Part shown: in pieces, positions 42,047 to 55,283 of the stretch
Layout of the letters: the number at the start of each line of letters is the position of its first letter
Position numbering within the stretch: position 1 is the stretch's first letter
Assembly: GCA_028023455.1 (NCBI GenBank)
Contig: JAQFVV010000001.1
Coordinates: 31,186,001-31,250,000, forward strand
DNA length: 64,000 nucleotides
Reading direction: 5' to 3'
Source of the DNA: Epiperipatus broadwayi
Lineage: Eukaryota; Animalia; Onychophora
Position numbers and translations under genes: made by a program
The notes under the pieces: generated by a model
Seen by the model: only the letters and a program-made list of their open reading frames with translations
The model's database searches: none
What the model was told of the DNA's origin: nothing

Positions 42047-43354
42047 TAACAATTATAAGCAAGCATAAGAAATGTTGATCATATAATCTTTATTTTTACA
42101 TTGTCCACAATCCTGAAAAATTTTTGAGTAAATTCTTTTCCATCATTATAGTTATGAGTGTCATCCTTCTTCATTTTTCGAATTTCACGTTTATAGATAT
42201 CTACATCAAATAGTTTATTTAGCACAGTTGTTTTATTTTTATTTTCTCAGAGTTAAGACTGTTATTGATTACTTTTATTTTATTAATTTTTAAAATCAGA
42301 TATTATCCTGTCAACATAATTTTTGTTTTCTATATATTTAATATCAATAATTATGCACTTATAACGCTCTTAAAGAAGTTATATATATTTAATATAATTT
42401 CAACTTTTTATATTGTTATTTAACTTTTCTATATATAGCTTTTTATCTCTTAATTTGGAGATCCATAAATTGTCACACCAACTTTTCTAAAAATGTTGAC
42501 ATTTATTCCATCAATACTGCATTTATATTTGTTTTAATTTAATATTTAATATTAAATTTGAATAAATAAACAACAACATGTAGCCCCTATCTGATATGTT
42601 CTCTAATGTAAAACCATTTTATTTCAATATTTTAAGTGTAGTTTCTAATCTCACATTGAAATTTTTCATAAGAAGAATAAAATGTTTTGGTACACTGATT
42701 TTGTAAATATATTTTATATTTTTTAGCATGGTTAATTAAAGATTTTCCTGTATTTAATAAAGCATATATATAAATAATAACCTACTTTATTTATAAATTT
42801 ATTTTCACCAATCTTTTTTTATGCTTACAATTTTGACCATATAATTATGTCTTAGTTAAAACCGTAAATATATAAATATGTAAACATACTGCATTCCCGA
42901 TATGTACACATATAATAAAATTGTCATCAACATATACTATTATATCACATACATATACTTTAATATTTTCTCTGTATTATCTATTTCAAATATAATCTTT
43001 TATATTTATTTGATAATAGTATTTTTTTATTTTTCAAATAAGATCCAAATTTAGTTTAATTTAAATCCAAACGCAAAGATGTGTAATATCAATGATATTT
43101 TTAATGCCTTTTGTAGTAATTCTATATATTTACATATATATTTACTTTAACAACATTTAACTAACTAATTCAAGAAATCACTGTTTAAACGATTATTTTA
43201 ATAATATTATACGATTGGTTTTTGTTAATTAAATATTGTTAGAATTAACTGTTTATGTATTTATTCCAGTTTAGCAGAATCTATATTTGGATTATATATA
43301 TATATTAAAATTTCTTTCCATTTCTCCTTGTCTGCATTTATTAATTATACATAT

Positions 43355-43453
43355 ACTATATACTACTTAATTAATACTTTACAATGCAATTTTAACATAT
43401 GATTTATCGTATGTTAAAATTGCATTATAAGTGTTAATTAAAGAGTATATAGT
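43355..43453. repeat. ~100-bp palindrome/foldback
   Basis: actatatactacttaattaatactttacaatgcaattttaacata, a ~10-nt loop, then tatgttaaaattgcattataagtgttaattaaagagtatatagt. Confidence 0.8.
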
Positions 43454-43646
43454 GATTATATATATATTGTATATCTTTTAAAATTATTATATTTATCATA
43501 AAATAATATTGTGTATTTTAACTTTATTATTCTTGTAAATAAACAAGTCTATTTATTTTTTTTTACGTTAATTTTTGGGGGAAAAAAAACAAAAACAAAA
43601 TTTATTATCAAATGTATTTTTTTTCCACCTGTAGCTACTACTCCCT

Positions 43647-44050
43647 CTATTCGTTCTTGAATTGGATATTTTCCAAAAAAGAATAATCATTAAGAAAATA
43701 TGAATTACTATTCTTGAATATTTTAACCTTTTTCTCAGTAATCCTTTAAAATATTAAGTTTTTCAACAAGGAAGTAGTTTTAATAATTATTAATTACATA
43801 CACACTTACATATAGAAACAAGTTAATTGTTTTAAAAAATTATTTTTAAATTATTGGCTAAACCTTAAGATTTTCTAGAATAAGAACTAGATTATAATAC
43901 TACCAAACTAGCATTTATAAACTGTATTTTTTTCATGTGTCAAATGTGTTGACTGGGAATTACTGAGGAAAAGATTAAAACATTCAAGAATAGGATTCAT
44001 ATTTTCTTAATGATTATTCTTCTTTGGAAAATATCCAATTCAAAGAATAG
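43647..44050. mobile_element. MITE with ~100-bp terminal inverted repeats
   Basis: ctattcgttcttgaattggatattttccaaa...ctcagtaatcc versus ggaattactgagg...tttggaaaatatccaattcaaagaatag. Confidence 0.85.
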
Positions 44051-44387
44051 CATTGGTGCTTGCTTCTTTTACTTTTTACTTATAAATTTTCCTTATTTTC
44101 ACTACCAAAAAAAAAAATTATAATTTTATATAGTACCTTTTAAGACATTTTTTACATCGGCATCATTTGCATTGTATGACAGGTTTTTATTTTGAAATGT
44201 AACGTTACTGGGCTGCTAATTTTTTGTTTTCTGTTCTCTGACAATTTTTACAAATATTTTTAAAAAATTTACAAACCAACATTGTTTTATAAATTACATT
44301 ATACATTTCAGCACATACCGCAATTTACGAACCAATAACATTTTCTAAATTACAATTTATAATTACTTAGACATTTCAGCATAAAGC

Positions 44388-44459
44388 ACTGGCATGTGCA
44401 GGAGGGGGGGAATCCGATGGTTTGCAGATCCAAAGGACCAGCCAATACATGTGCTAGTC
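44388..44459. repeat. Short (~70 bp) dispersed repeat with decayed terminal inverted repeats
   Basis: actggcatgtgca...tacatgtgctagt; homologous to 423-490. Confidence 0.55.
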
Positions 44460-44491
44460 TGAGCAAATTAACCTTTCAGCGCATAGTATGG

Positions 44492-44699
44492 CTTCTTTAG
44501 TATTTTTCTTGTTATGACATATTATCCTAAAGATGTACCACTTTAATCTTTTGATCTTTAATGTAACACCTCCACATTATCTGTGGACAAATTTTAGTGA
44601 TTAACTTTGTCCAAAATCATGAGGAGATGTTATTTTAAAGATTGGAAGATTAGAGTAGTATATCTTCAGGGTAATATGTCATAGCAAGAAAAATACTAA
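44492..44699. mobile_element. ~210-bp palindromic MITE, second full copy
   Basis: ctttagtatttttcttgttatgacatattatcc...gggtaatatgtcatagcaagaaaaatactaa. Confidence 0.85.
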
Positions 44700-45949
44700 T
44701 GGTGAATATTTATTTTTAAATAGACTATTTTAGGCATTTTCAATTCATTTTAGGGTTCCTTTATTGATAGTTTTAATTTAATAAAAGATGCAATAATTAA
44801 GTTAAGAATACATTTAATTTTTCCACTATGATGTGAAAAACTAAGTTATACTTTAAATAAATAATGATTTACATTTATGTACTTATAATTACAAAGAAGT
44901 TAATTTAATAATTTTAAAAATTATTGAAATTCATTTATATAAATCTGTTTAAATCTAGTAATATCTTATAATAACAACTATAACTTAATTAAATGACTTA
45001 ACAACTATTATAATGATTATATTAATTTACTGGAAAATAAGCTAAGTAAAATTTTTATTAATATATTATCACAAGGAACTGAGGTTAAGCTCTATAATCA
45101 GAACATAAGGTTACAATATATATATATTTAATAGCTTTTAAATGTATGATAACCAAAAAATAAATAAATACCATTATTTCATCACAATTATCTTTATTAG
45201 TCTGGTGAACAATTTTAGACTTTATACAGTTTATCCATCCAAAACATGTGAAAAATAAATTAAGAACTTGATTCAGAAATTTTCAAAAATATGAAAAGTA
45301 AAAAAGCTGATCAGAAGATTATCTTAATCTTTTACTTGCCATTAAGAGTAATATAATACACTTAATAACTATATCTATTATAGATGTTTTAAGACTGATG
45401 AAATAGAATTTAATTAATAAGTATTTTGAAAATTTTACCAACATGCAAAAAGCATTTACATTAGTGCATTAAATTATTTTCTATAAATAATAATCGCGTG
45501 TAATATTATTTAACAGAAATTCTTTAGATTACTTCAACTGTTATTTTTATTATCTAAAACAGAACTTAATTATTTTAGTATGTAATGTTTATGATAAAAA
45601 TAATCGACAATTTTTCTGTTCATTAATATTATAGGCTATTATTATTTATTTTGTTAGTCATAATTAAATTAACTACTGTCTATTATATAATTCAATGGAT
45701 ATACATATAATATTCAAATATAAGCATATTGTCTATATTGAACTTAATATAATGTGCATCCGTTGTATAAGATGGAGTGCATAGCTGTAAAGAGTTTAAA
45801 AGTCTGTGTTTGAGTCTCTTCTAATTTTATATATATATCAAAACTACCCCAAATCTAAAATTAAATCAGACCAGCATAAAAATAATATTAAAACACAGCC
45901 TAAGGTTTTGATTTTATATTGACTAGTTTAGCTTTATGCTTGTAATGTT

Positions 45950-45981
<32 letters not shown>

Positions 45982-48035
45982 TTCAAGAGATTTTTTAATG
46001 GTTTACTGAATCAAAGGTTCAGTTCAGTTTTGGATAATACCATGATACTTTCAAACTATTGATTCTTTATACTTTTCAACCATATTTATGTAGACTGAAA
46101 TTTTGTAATATTGATTTAATCATTCATTGTTATACTTCAGGAGGAATTGTAAAACATAAGGCTGTTGTAATCTCACATTTCATGTTAAAATACAAATAAA
46201 AATATTCCCCTTTGCACGTACATTCACATTGGTAACATGTTATTGTAAAACAAAGCATTGCTTTAAAGTAAAAAAAAGCAAATAGTAATCTGAGACAGAA
46301 GAATCTCATCATAATTAGTTTTTTTTTTTTTTTGGGGGGGGGGGGGTAGGGATAATAATACAAAAAAGGGGATATCTCATTAAGGACAATCATATTTTCA
46401 TTCATTCAACATTGTTTAATTTAAATTGAATTCAAAAATCACTGATTTATAACATTTCTAGGTCCAAAGATTATTTTTTCTGAAATTTTTTTTTAGAATT
46501 TTAGTGAGAAAATGATAATCAAAGTAATGATAATCCAAAGTTATGGAAGCAACTGAGTTTTATATTTATTAATAAAAATATTACAATTTCATTAATGATT
46601 TATGAATTTTGGAGTTTAATAATTCTTCAAGAAGAATCTCTTATACTGCGTTAGGATATGTATAACAAAGTCATTAAAATTATCTTACATCCATCAAAAT
46701 ACTAGCATTTGGGGGAGGGGAATAGAAGATCACCATGTATAAACAAAATCACTAATGGAAACATGAATAAAAAAAAGCAGTAGTGCAGAATTAAAAAATT
46801 AAAACAGAATAAAAAAAAAGTGTTATTGTCAATATAAAGAAAACTTTTTTTCCAGTATGTTTTGTTGAGGTATGCAATTGCAATAATATAACAATTATTA
46901 GTACATTTTAACATCTTTCTGGAATTGTCAATGGAATGGCTGTCATATGTATTTAGGATGAAAAGAGGCTGCATTGAGTGCTCTTATTACTTATAAAATA
47001 GTTTTCGTTTAGAATATTATTTTTGCAGTGATGCAAATATTTCACTTTGAAAGTTGTATTCAGTAGCTTTAAATGTGAACTTCTTAGAAATATTTGTAAG
47101 AACTCAGTTGCCAAGATCAGATTTATTTTGTTTAGTTTCCCTTATATAAATTTCATCAAAATTCCAGTGTAGTGATATATCTTTTTGACATCAATCTCTT
47201 AGTCATCATTGTCTTTAACTGCCTAAAATGCAAGCATAAACTTTGAGATTGCAGCTTTATACAAATAATATTAAATGGATACATAAAGATAACATCACTT
47301 TGAACTTAGATTTTTCATCTTTAATTATTTGATGCATTAACAGTGTTGACAATTTTGAGGTACAATGAAAAACTGATTCAACATGTTAAACAATACTTCA
47401 TATCATATTTACCAGAGATATCCATTACTTAACTATAAAGAATTTTCCTTGTTTGTTTTTATATAATGAGTCTCAACCACAGGTTTCTGAAAGTAGATAG
47501 AAAGATTAGGTTCTGGTAAAAATATATGTTTCTATGACCATATAACTGAAATGTCTTCAATATAATAAAATAAATCATCATACATTTCATATTTTTTGTA
47601 ATACAATAGATTTTTATGGCAAAACTTTATGAAGTTCTATGTATTATCTTAATGTTTGGGTAAATAATTATTAAAAAAATAACTAACAGATAATACTTAA
47701 CTAAATATACAATTAATTAAGCAAGGTGGGATAGATTACTTTAAGATGCAAAATATGATAAATAGAAACAGCAAGATGTTCTGATGTTAAATATTGGATA
47801 AGTTATTCCAACAATTGTTCAATTTAGAAAGATTTTGCATTAGAAAAAATGGAAGCTTTGAATATACAAGGTAACATTTTTATCAAATGTTTTATAAGTA
47901 AACTTATTTGTTTTCTGCTTTAAGCTATAGAATTACTATTCATTTAGATAGGTTCCTAGTACCTATTTTTTTATCAATAATATGTACAAGTAATAATTTG
48001 CATTAGTTATTCATTAGATTAGAGATTATCCACTA

Positions 48036-48302
48036 AATGAATAATATTTCTGTAATGTAATATTCACTACATCATTTTTATGCAAGATAGAGATTGGTTT
48101 CTATCCACTTGTGATCTGGATCAACTGATAAATGCTGGATAAACAGGAAATGTGTGTCGTGGGGATCATATATCTTTTACTCATATTTAGTCATATGTTT
48201 ATGATTATATCCTCCACAAGTTATTAAAAGTGGATAGAAATCAGTCTCTACTTTGCGTAAGAGTGATGTAAAGAAAATTACATTACGGAAATATTATTCA
48301 TT
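48036..48302. mobile_element. MITE with ~75-bp terminal inverted repeats
   Basis: aatgaataatatttctgtaatgtaat...tttctatccactt versus aagtggatagaaa...attacattacggaaatattattcatt. Confidence 0.8.
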
Positions 48303-49900
48303 AAATATGTGCAATTATTTTATAAATAGAAGATACTATTCTTTTCACATGCTTAGTAAAATTGGTATTGCTCAAGATGCAAACACTTTGCCCTTTAATC
48401 TGTAAATCTGAATGCACATCTATTATTGGAAAAATGTAAACAAAGCATATTTTGCTTAACTCTTTTAACTGCCATTAGAAATAATGAGCATTCTGGGTTC
48501 ATCTTTTGAAGTTTTATTAATTAATTTAAAATTATTTTTGTAATATTGCTAGAGGTTTTTTTTTTCTTTGAAGTTTAGTTTATTGCTAAATTTGGTAGTA
48601 TATAAATCCATTTAAAAAAACTTGTCTTATATTTAATTTTTCACTTCTTTTATTGGAATGTTTTATCTAGATAGACAATATCCACATACATTCCTGACCT
48701 TCACATATATTTTGATTTATCTCTCCGAATCACCAATAAATCTATCAGATAACTTCTTTTAAAAAATTTTCTTGAGATTTTTTTATTATTTATATAGCAC
48801 TTGTTGACGATTTATTCTATATTTTAATCACAACAGATGACGAACACCTGGCTTTTATCATCATCTAGTTTTATTTTATTAGTTATTCCACACATAGGCA
48901 TTTGATAAAAAGTTTTAAATATTGCTGTGTTGAGAATTTTCTAAAATGAGAATTATCGATTTGAAGTAAGCTATTTTAATACAAAAAAATAAAAAGAAGT
49001 CAGTGATTTTTGTGCGCCCGAATATTGTTTAAAATTTGTTTCTTTTTTTAATATAAACTTGATTTTAACTTTATGATTATATATTAACTTTTTTTATATA
49101 GTGTATTATTTCAATCGCATCATCTAGAAATGTATGCATTAATATATCATTTTTTTATTTTACTGCTTTAATTTCTATTACAATCATTAAAACATTCTTT
49201 AAATTAATTATAAACGTATTATACATTATACTTTTTATTATAGTTTTTGGATATTTTTGAATACACCCTCCATTAAAGTTGTTAATCATTTTACCTGTTA
49301 GATTAATTTGTGAAGTAATGTTATAGATAGCTTTTCTTATAATAAATAAGTACATTTGATTTAGAAAGTGCATTCTTTAAAAAGGATATCTAACTATTCA
49401 TCACTATTATAAAACAATTTGTAGAAATTTCAATTAAGTGATTGTTTTGCGGTTTTATTAATTCATTAATTATGTTTCATAGTTTGTATTTATCCACAGT
49501 TACATAAGTCAGACTGATTGATTTTGTTTTTGAAGCCATTTAAAAAGCATGGTTAGACTTCAATCTTTAGTAAAATTTAAAAGAATGAAATTATTGGATA
49601 TGGATTATAAACTTTTTTGACGTTTCATTAGAAAAATTATTTTCTCATAAATTCTTATATCGTTTGAATAATTTTTTTACTGAACATCTAAGAAGAAGAA
49701 TTTCATTGAAGGCAAATAGTAAGTAGTGAAAGTATATTCCTAGTTAATAATAAGACTAATCAATCTACTGCTTAACTAGTTTTTATACATTTTTAGAGAA
49801 ACAAATTTTTTTTTATCAGGTAGAAAAATATTTTGAAGAATGGGTGGGCATTGCTAAGAAGCAGACTTCTGTGACAGTAATATTTATAATTGTAATATTT

Positions 49901-50188
49901 TCCTTCTCACCACCACTGTACTTATATAATTAAACAGTGATGTTAAATGCAAGGATACTCTCATCCCAGCCACAAGATAAAGACTTTGAGAAAATAAGAA
50001 TGGCTATCTTATTTTCAAGTGTAAATGCACTTATATAGGCAAATCTTAAGTGTTTTGAAGTGCATTTAAGTTTGAAAATAAGATGTATTCTTATTTTTTC
50101 AAAGTTTTTATCTTGTGGCTGGAGCAAAAGAATTCTTGCATTTAACATCGCTGTTTAATATTATAAGTGCAGCACTAGTGAGAAGGGA
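49901..50188. mobile_element. Foldback element/MITE with ~130-bp arms
   Basis: tccttctcac...taaacagtgatgttaaatgcaag...ccagccacaagataaa versus tttatcttgtggctgg...cttgcatttaacatcgctgttta...gtgagaaggga. Confidence 0.85.
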
Positions 50189-50644
50189 TGATTATTCTCT
50201 AAATAAAATTACAATCTGATACTGCACTAGTAAAATTTATTGATTATCGAATTGTAATATTTGTGTATCTAAACAAAATTGTGTGAGCATTTATTTATCT
50301 AAATAGAAGCACAATCATATTCAAGTATTAAAGAAGCTGTTTTTATCCTAACTATTGACAATCAGCTTTTTAAGGAAGTACAAATCTAATACTTAATAGA
50401 TGACAAAAATAGTATAGACTGTAGTTTATTGTCATTCTCTGTTTCAGGAGGTACTTAAGAATACCTCCATTTTATTATTGCAGAAGATTACTCATTGCAT
50501 CCTGGTTGTTTTTTAAAAAAATTCAGATAAAATTACTATCTTAATTAAAGATTTTTTATTTTTGGAAATAGTCAATTCTGAAAAGTCAAGATGAACTCAT
50601 CATAATAGATCAAACTACCATGCTTTGTTATTGAATGATCATTG

Positions 50645-50935
50645 ATATATTTGTAATTATATGTTGAACTATTTCCATCATCTAATATTAATTGTTAAAT
50701 GATTTTAGGAAAATTTATACTTTTTTGAACTTTTCAAATACATTTAACTGTTAATAAACACATAGATTAGTATAAACACAACATTGTGAGTGGTATTAAT
50801 CTCCTCTGTTCATTAGGTATTGCTGGCATGATCAGTGTTGGTATTAACAAGGGAATTGAGTCTGAAACTGTTAGATAAATGTATATTGAATTAAATAAAT
50901 TACTCTAAACAACTAGACTATTTTATCAATGGTAA
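50645..50935 (-). mobile_element. tRNA-headed SINE with hammerhead-like motif, copy D (most diverged)
   Basis: Shares the tail (aatattagatgatggaaatagt.caa) and body (gatcatgccagcaatacCTAATGA..gagg..ccactc-acaatgttg) with copies A-C. Confidence 0.65.
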
Positions 50936-50989
50936 TGAGATTTCATATAATTATCTATGAAGATGCCTAATTTTTTCACTTTCTTCTTA

Positions 50990-52320
50990 AGAGTAAAGTT
51001 AAATCATTTCCAAACATTATGAATTACCATACTAGGTTAAATTATGACATGGTTTATTATTAACATGTGATCAGTTTCTTTTGCTTTTCTACTCTGTGCT
51101 TTTTTCTTTTTATCTAATATTTTTGTCTTTACTCAATTAAACATGTGTTCATTGGCATCTACATGATCTGTTACTTAGATATATCTGGTTTTTTTTTTAA
51201 AAATCATCAGTTTATGTTTTTTAATTCACTTTTCAATAGGATGGCTAATTTCATCAATTTACATCCTTCCACATTTACTTAGTCTTTTATAGATACAGTT
51301 TTTGTTTTTAAGCACATCAAGTCTAGGTTTTGCAGTGACAAGGAATCCTCATAGAGGCCATGGCTATGGAAATCTGGTCTGATGTTATAAGTTTTTTTAA
51401 ATTTGGCTGTTATTTTTGATATATAGATACACTACAGTAACTATAATTGCTTTTTCTTTTTATGTTCTATATAATGTTTCTTAATGACAGCAGATAATTA
51501 TTTTTCATGAGAGTTTATTTTATATAGATATTTTCTTTTACCAAACCACTGGTTTCTGAATAAATATATTTTGTTCTGTTCAATAGTGATAATATAATTA
51601 CATGTTTGGTATTTCAATCATGATTGGATGTGTATAACTATTTTCCATGTATTGGGTTTTCTATAAACTGTAGTTTTGATTTTTCCATGAGGAAACCTTG
51701 TCACAAAAGTGTATAAAAAGACAAATTTTTATTTTTGTTCTGAATTAATATGAGCTTAATGGAATTGGATATGTTATTGATGTTTATCAGATTGTTTGTA
51801 ATAGTGCTTCACTATGTGACCATAATATAAATCTTTTGTCAACATAGTGAATATGAAAAAGTATTTATGGCTGCGATTTTATGTATTTCTACATAAATGT
51901 TGTTAATCAGGTTGACAATGGTCATTTTGTTGATGAGTTTTATGATGCAGTAAAAAGATCTTCTTATGCAAATTATAATATAAATAGCAAGAGTTGTTTT
52001 GGCTGTAAGCTATTATTGTCATTTAATCTTTAGAACAGACAATGTTTCCTCACATAGACATTTGTGAATATGCTTTCTATATCAAAACCTACTGACATGT
52101 TAGTTACTTCAATATACATGTGTTCTTGATTAATTCCACAAAGTTTGTACAATCCCTGACAAAGAAATGTGTCTAGTACGCCAAAGAATTAAGAATCATT
52201 AAAAGTGACCTTCAAAAGTCTTGACAAAATATATTTCTTCAACTAACAATATATTTTAATGGAATGTAATCCTTGTGAATTTTAGAAAGATCATAAAGAT
52301 GGGAAGTTTTGGTGGAAAAA
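50990..52320 (-). mobile_element. Penelope-like element relic: RT plus GIY-YIG endonuclease
   Basis: YDLSKIHKDYIPL..IVS; VGFDIESIFTNV; YVDKRFILWSHSEALLQ; INNISNSIKL; KIKTTVYRKPNT; then CIYKRLSKCGRM*IDEISHPIEK*IKKH and DH..ANEHMFN..TKIL, the PLE GIY-YIG pattern. Confidence 0.85.
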
Positions 52321-52340
52321 GATGTTTATTTATTTTGTTT

Positions 52341-52550
52341 AATCAGTAAAATACATTGATGCTTTCTAAACAATATTTGTAAATTTGTTTCTATAGTGGG
52401 TATAGGATTTTTTGCCACTTTTTTTGTATTTCTTGCAGGGAGATCTTCTCACCACAGAACAACAAAAATAAAAGGGCAAAAAATCCTATACCAGTTACAG
52501 AAAAAAGTTACAAGCATTACTTAGAAAGCAGCATATGTATTTTACTGATT
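52341..52550. mobile_element. MITE with ~80-bp terminal inverted repeats
   Basis: aatcagtaaaatacat..gctttctaa...ggtataggattttttgcc versus ggcaaaaaatcctatacc...ttagaaagc..atgtattttactgatt. Confidence 0.8.
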
Positions 52551-55181
52551 CAGAAAAAAAAGTAAATTAACATAATATAAGAGCAAAATTTCCCAATTTT
52601 ATTATGTATCTAAAATCCATAAGTTTTTAGACTATACTAAAGATAGATAGATCTCAATTATTGTATATTTGTTATTAAAATTATTTTTTTTTCAATGAGC
52701 ATGTAAGCAGCATATGAATCTGAAATGAATATTTTTTTAAAATTGTCATTAGGTTTATATGAATTGTTTTGTATTGATAAAATTAATTAATAGTTTTGCA
52801 ACATATGCTTTAGCTTTGTATTCTAAATTTGCTTTTTTAGAAACTTTGTATGTTTTTTTATCTTTGTAATAATTTTTCTCAGTTTCATCATGCCAAGAAA
52901 AAACTCAAATTCATCAATTTTTTCTGATTTATTAGTTCAGAATAGAAAAAATAAGATTGTGAAAGAGTCTGTAGTTTTGGTTTATATATTCTTTTTTTAT
53001 AATTTTTACCAATTCTCAGCTTATAATTCCTGATATATAAGATTTATGTAATATTGTCAAAGAAAACTAATCTTCACACATGTGTTAGAGAACTGACATA
53101 CACTCTCTTGTTAATAAATATTTTAAAAGCATAGGTGGCTCACTTAAGCTTATTATTTAAATAAACCAACTGTTATTGATTGTGCCTAGATTAGGACTTG
53201 AACTCTATATAAAAAGTAGCAGGCCTTTTGTATGGATCTTAAAACATTTTGTCCATAGGCTTTCTCAATCTTTTTTCTCTTTCTATAACATTTTATTCCA
53301 ATCTGGAATGAAATGATTTTGATATTGCTGAGCTTTGTGGAAGTTGCTGGCATTGATTTGTTAAATCTATGACAGAAGGAGAAGAATGAAATAATACTAA
53401 ATCTTCTCCCAAGATATGCCATATATTTATTTCTACTAGCTTTTTAAAACAAATCATATCAAGTTAGAATAACTTCATCTATAAAATATAAATTCCAAGA
53501 ATCATTAGATCTAATTTATATTGAACACACAGTAATGATCCAACAAAAATAGATACCATGTGTTGGGTACCATGTGTTTTTTAAATAGAAATAAACTCTA
53601 AATCAAGAGATTTTTGACCCTATCTACCTAAATGATATGAGCATTCTTACTTAAAATTGTGAAGTATGTACATATTGTTTAAATTTATTTAATTAGAGAA
53701 ACTATTATATTCCCATTAGCATTTCTTCACAAACTAGTTTGAAATATCATAAAAACATATATGAATATTTGGAAAAGATTTATGTGTCCAGTTTCATTGG
53801 AGATGTATAAAAAACATTGGGCACATAAATGCATTATTATATTCTTGCAACTGTTTTTAATAAAAGTTGTTTTCTTAGCTATATAAGATGTAAAGTAATA
53901 GTAGTCCTACCATGTTTAATGCATATTAAGTCAAAAGTCAATGTAAATTACCACATTTTAGGAAAATACACATTATTAGATGAATGATGAAACTCCAGTA
54001 ATTGAAATTATATTACATTTTTGAAAACTATTATTTTGTAGAGTATCCTCATTTTTGTTTTTAATTCACTTTTAATGTTTATTCAAAATAATTTTATTAA
54101 ATTTTCTAATTGCAAAAATCAGAGTTCCAGAGTTATCTAGGCTAGGTATAAAATTCAGAATTATCAACTCGTTAACCTTGGCATGATTATCTATATTAAT
54201 GTCAAAAGGTTAAAATATATAGTTCTTGCCATATGATTTCTATCTTGACATATTATTTATTAAATAGAATTTTGTGATAAAATGATCTAGTTTTCAAGCA
54301 TGTTACCTGCAAGAAGAGCTGTGGAAAAGCTCTTATCTACACACTTTTGTTTTATGACTAAAAATGTTTTATCTTAATGAATTATTTAGCAAGATATTAA
54401 ATAAATATTACTAGAAATATAAATAAGTTTCTTTGTATAAATTTTATATGTAATGCAGTGTCAACCATAATATGTTTGAAATTTAATAGTGAAAGTAGAA
54501 TATAATAATTTCACAAAACTAATGATAAAATAAAGAATATTAACATAAATTAACTTACTACCTGTTTTGAAAATATTGTATGAATCATGGTTATAGTATT
54601 TATTGCTTCAGTGAATTTTATGAATGAATCTATAAGTATTATAAAGGAGCTAACATCTGGTGAGTCTCTTGATGTTTTAAAAATGCATGATGATTTTCCA
54701 AGCTAAGTATATCTGAAGAGTTAGCATATAGTAATTAAGTTAACTTTGTCCTGTCCTTATCATTACTTTTGTACATCATCATGATTCATTTTATTTTAAA
54801 TTTTCAAATTATATTAAACTTCATTGCAATATAAATTGACTCCAATATGTTTTTTAAATGGAATAAAATTGATAAGTGAATTCACTTTTATAACAATGGC
54901 AATATGCTTTATTCCTGATGTATTAAGAATTTAATTTTTACTTATTATCTTCTGGATAAATGTCCTAATCATTTCTTGATGGACATATCTATAAACACAT
55001 AACTATAATTGATTTGTTAGTTCATTTTTATTTTTCACCTTAAAATAAATATCAGATATTAAGACACAATTTTGATTCTTCATGCGTGGACATTCACTCT
55101 GAGTATTAACAAAATTATATGGACTTCTATTAATATTAATACTAATAAAAAATTTCAAGATTACAAGACAGATTTACTTCC

Positions 55182-55283
<102 letters not shown>

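Larger units (their letters stand above)
41250..42470 (-). mobile_element. Decayed Penelope-like RT relic, interrupted by the hammerhead foldback element
   Basis: Minus-strand traces in PLE RT order: YGSP (~42450), LFDV (~42195), CLNF (~41585), FW..., INSF.KNII (~41430). Confidence 0.45.

Noticed and set aside
46900-47450. Possible minus-strand RTE relic
   Set aside because: Only faint motif traces; too decayed to support a call.
52420-52475. Acceptor-like tttttgtatttcttgcag followed by GDLLTTEQQK*
   Set aside because: Falls in the loop of a MITE, so it is probably fortuitous.
54307-54335. CTGCAAGA plus an AAGAGCT/AGCTCTT hairpin, as a hammerhead
   Set aside because: The core has an insertion and no GAAA follows the stem.
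54612-54659. 48-nt symmetric open exon candidate with a CTG|GTGAGT donor
   Set aside because: The unspliced frame resembles a decayed CR1/L2-type RT segment (..GESLDV..DF), and no partner exons were found.
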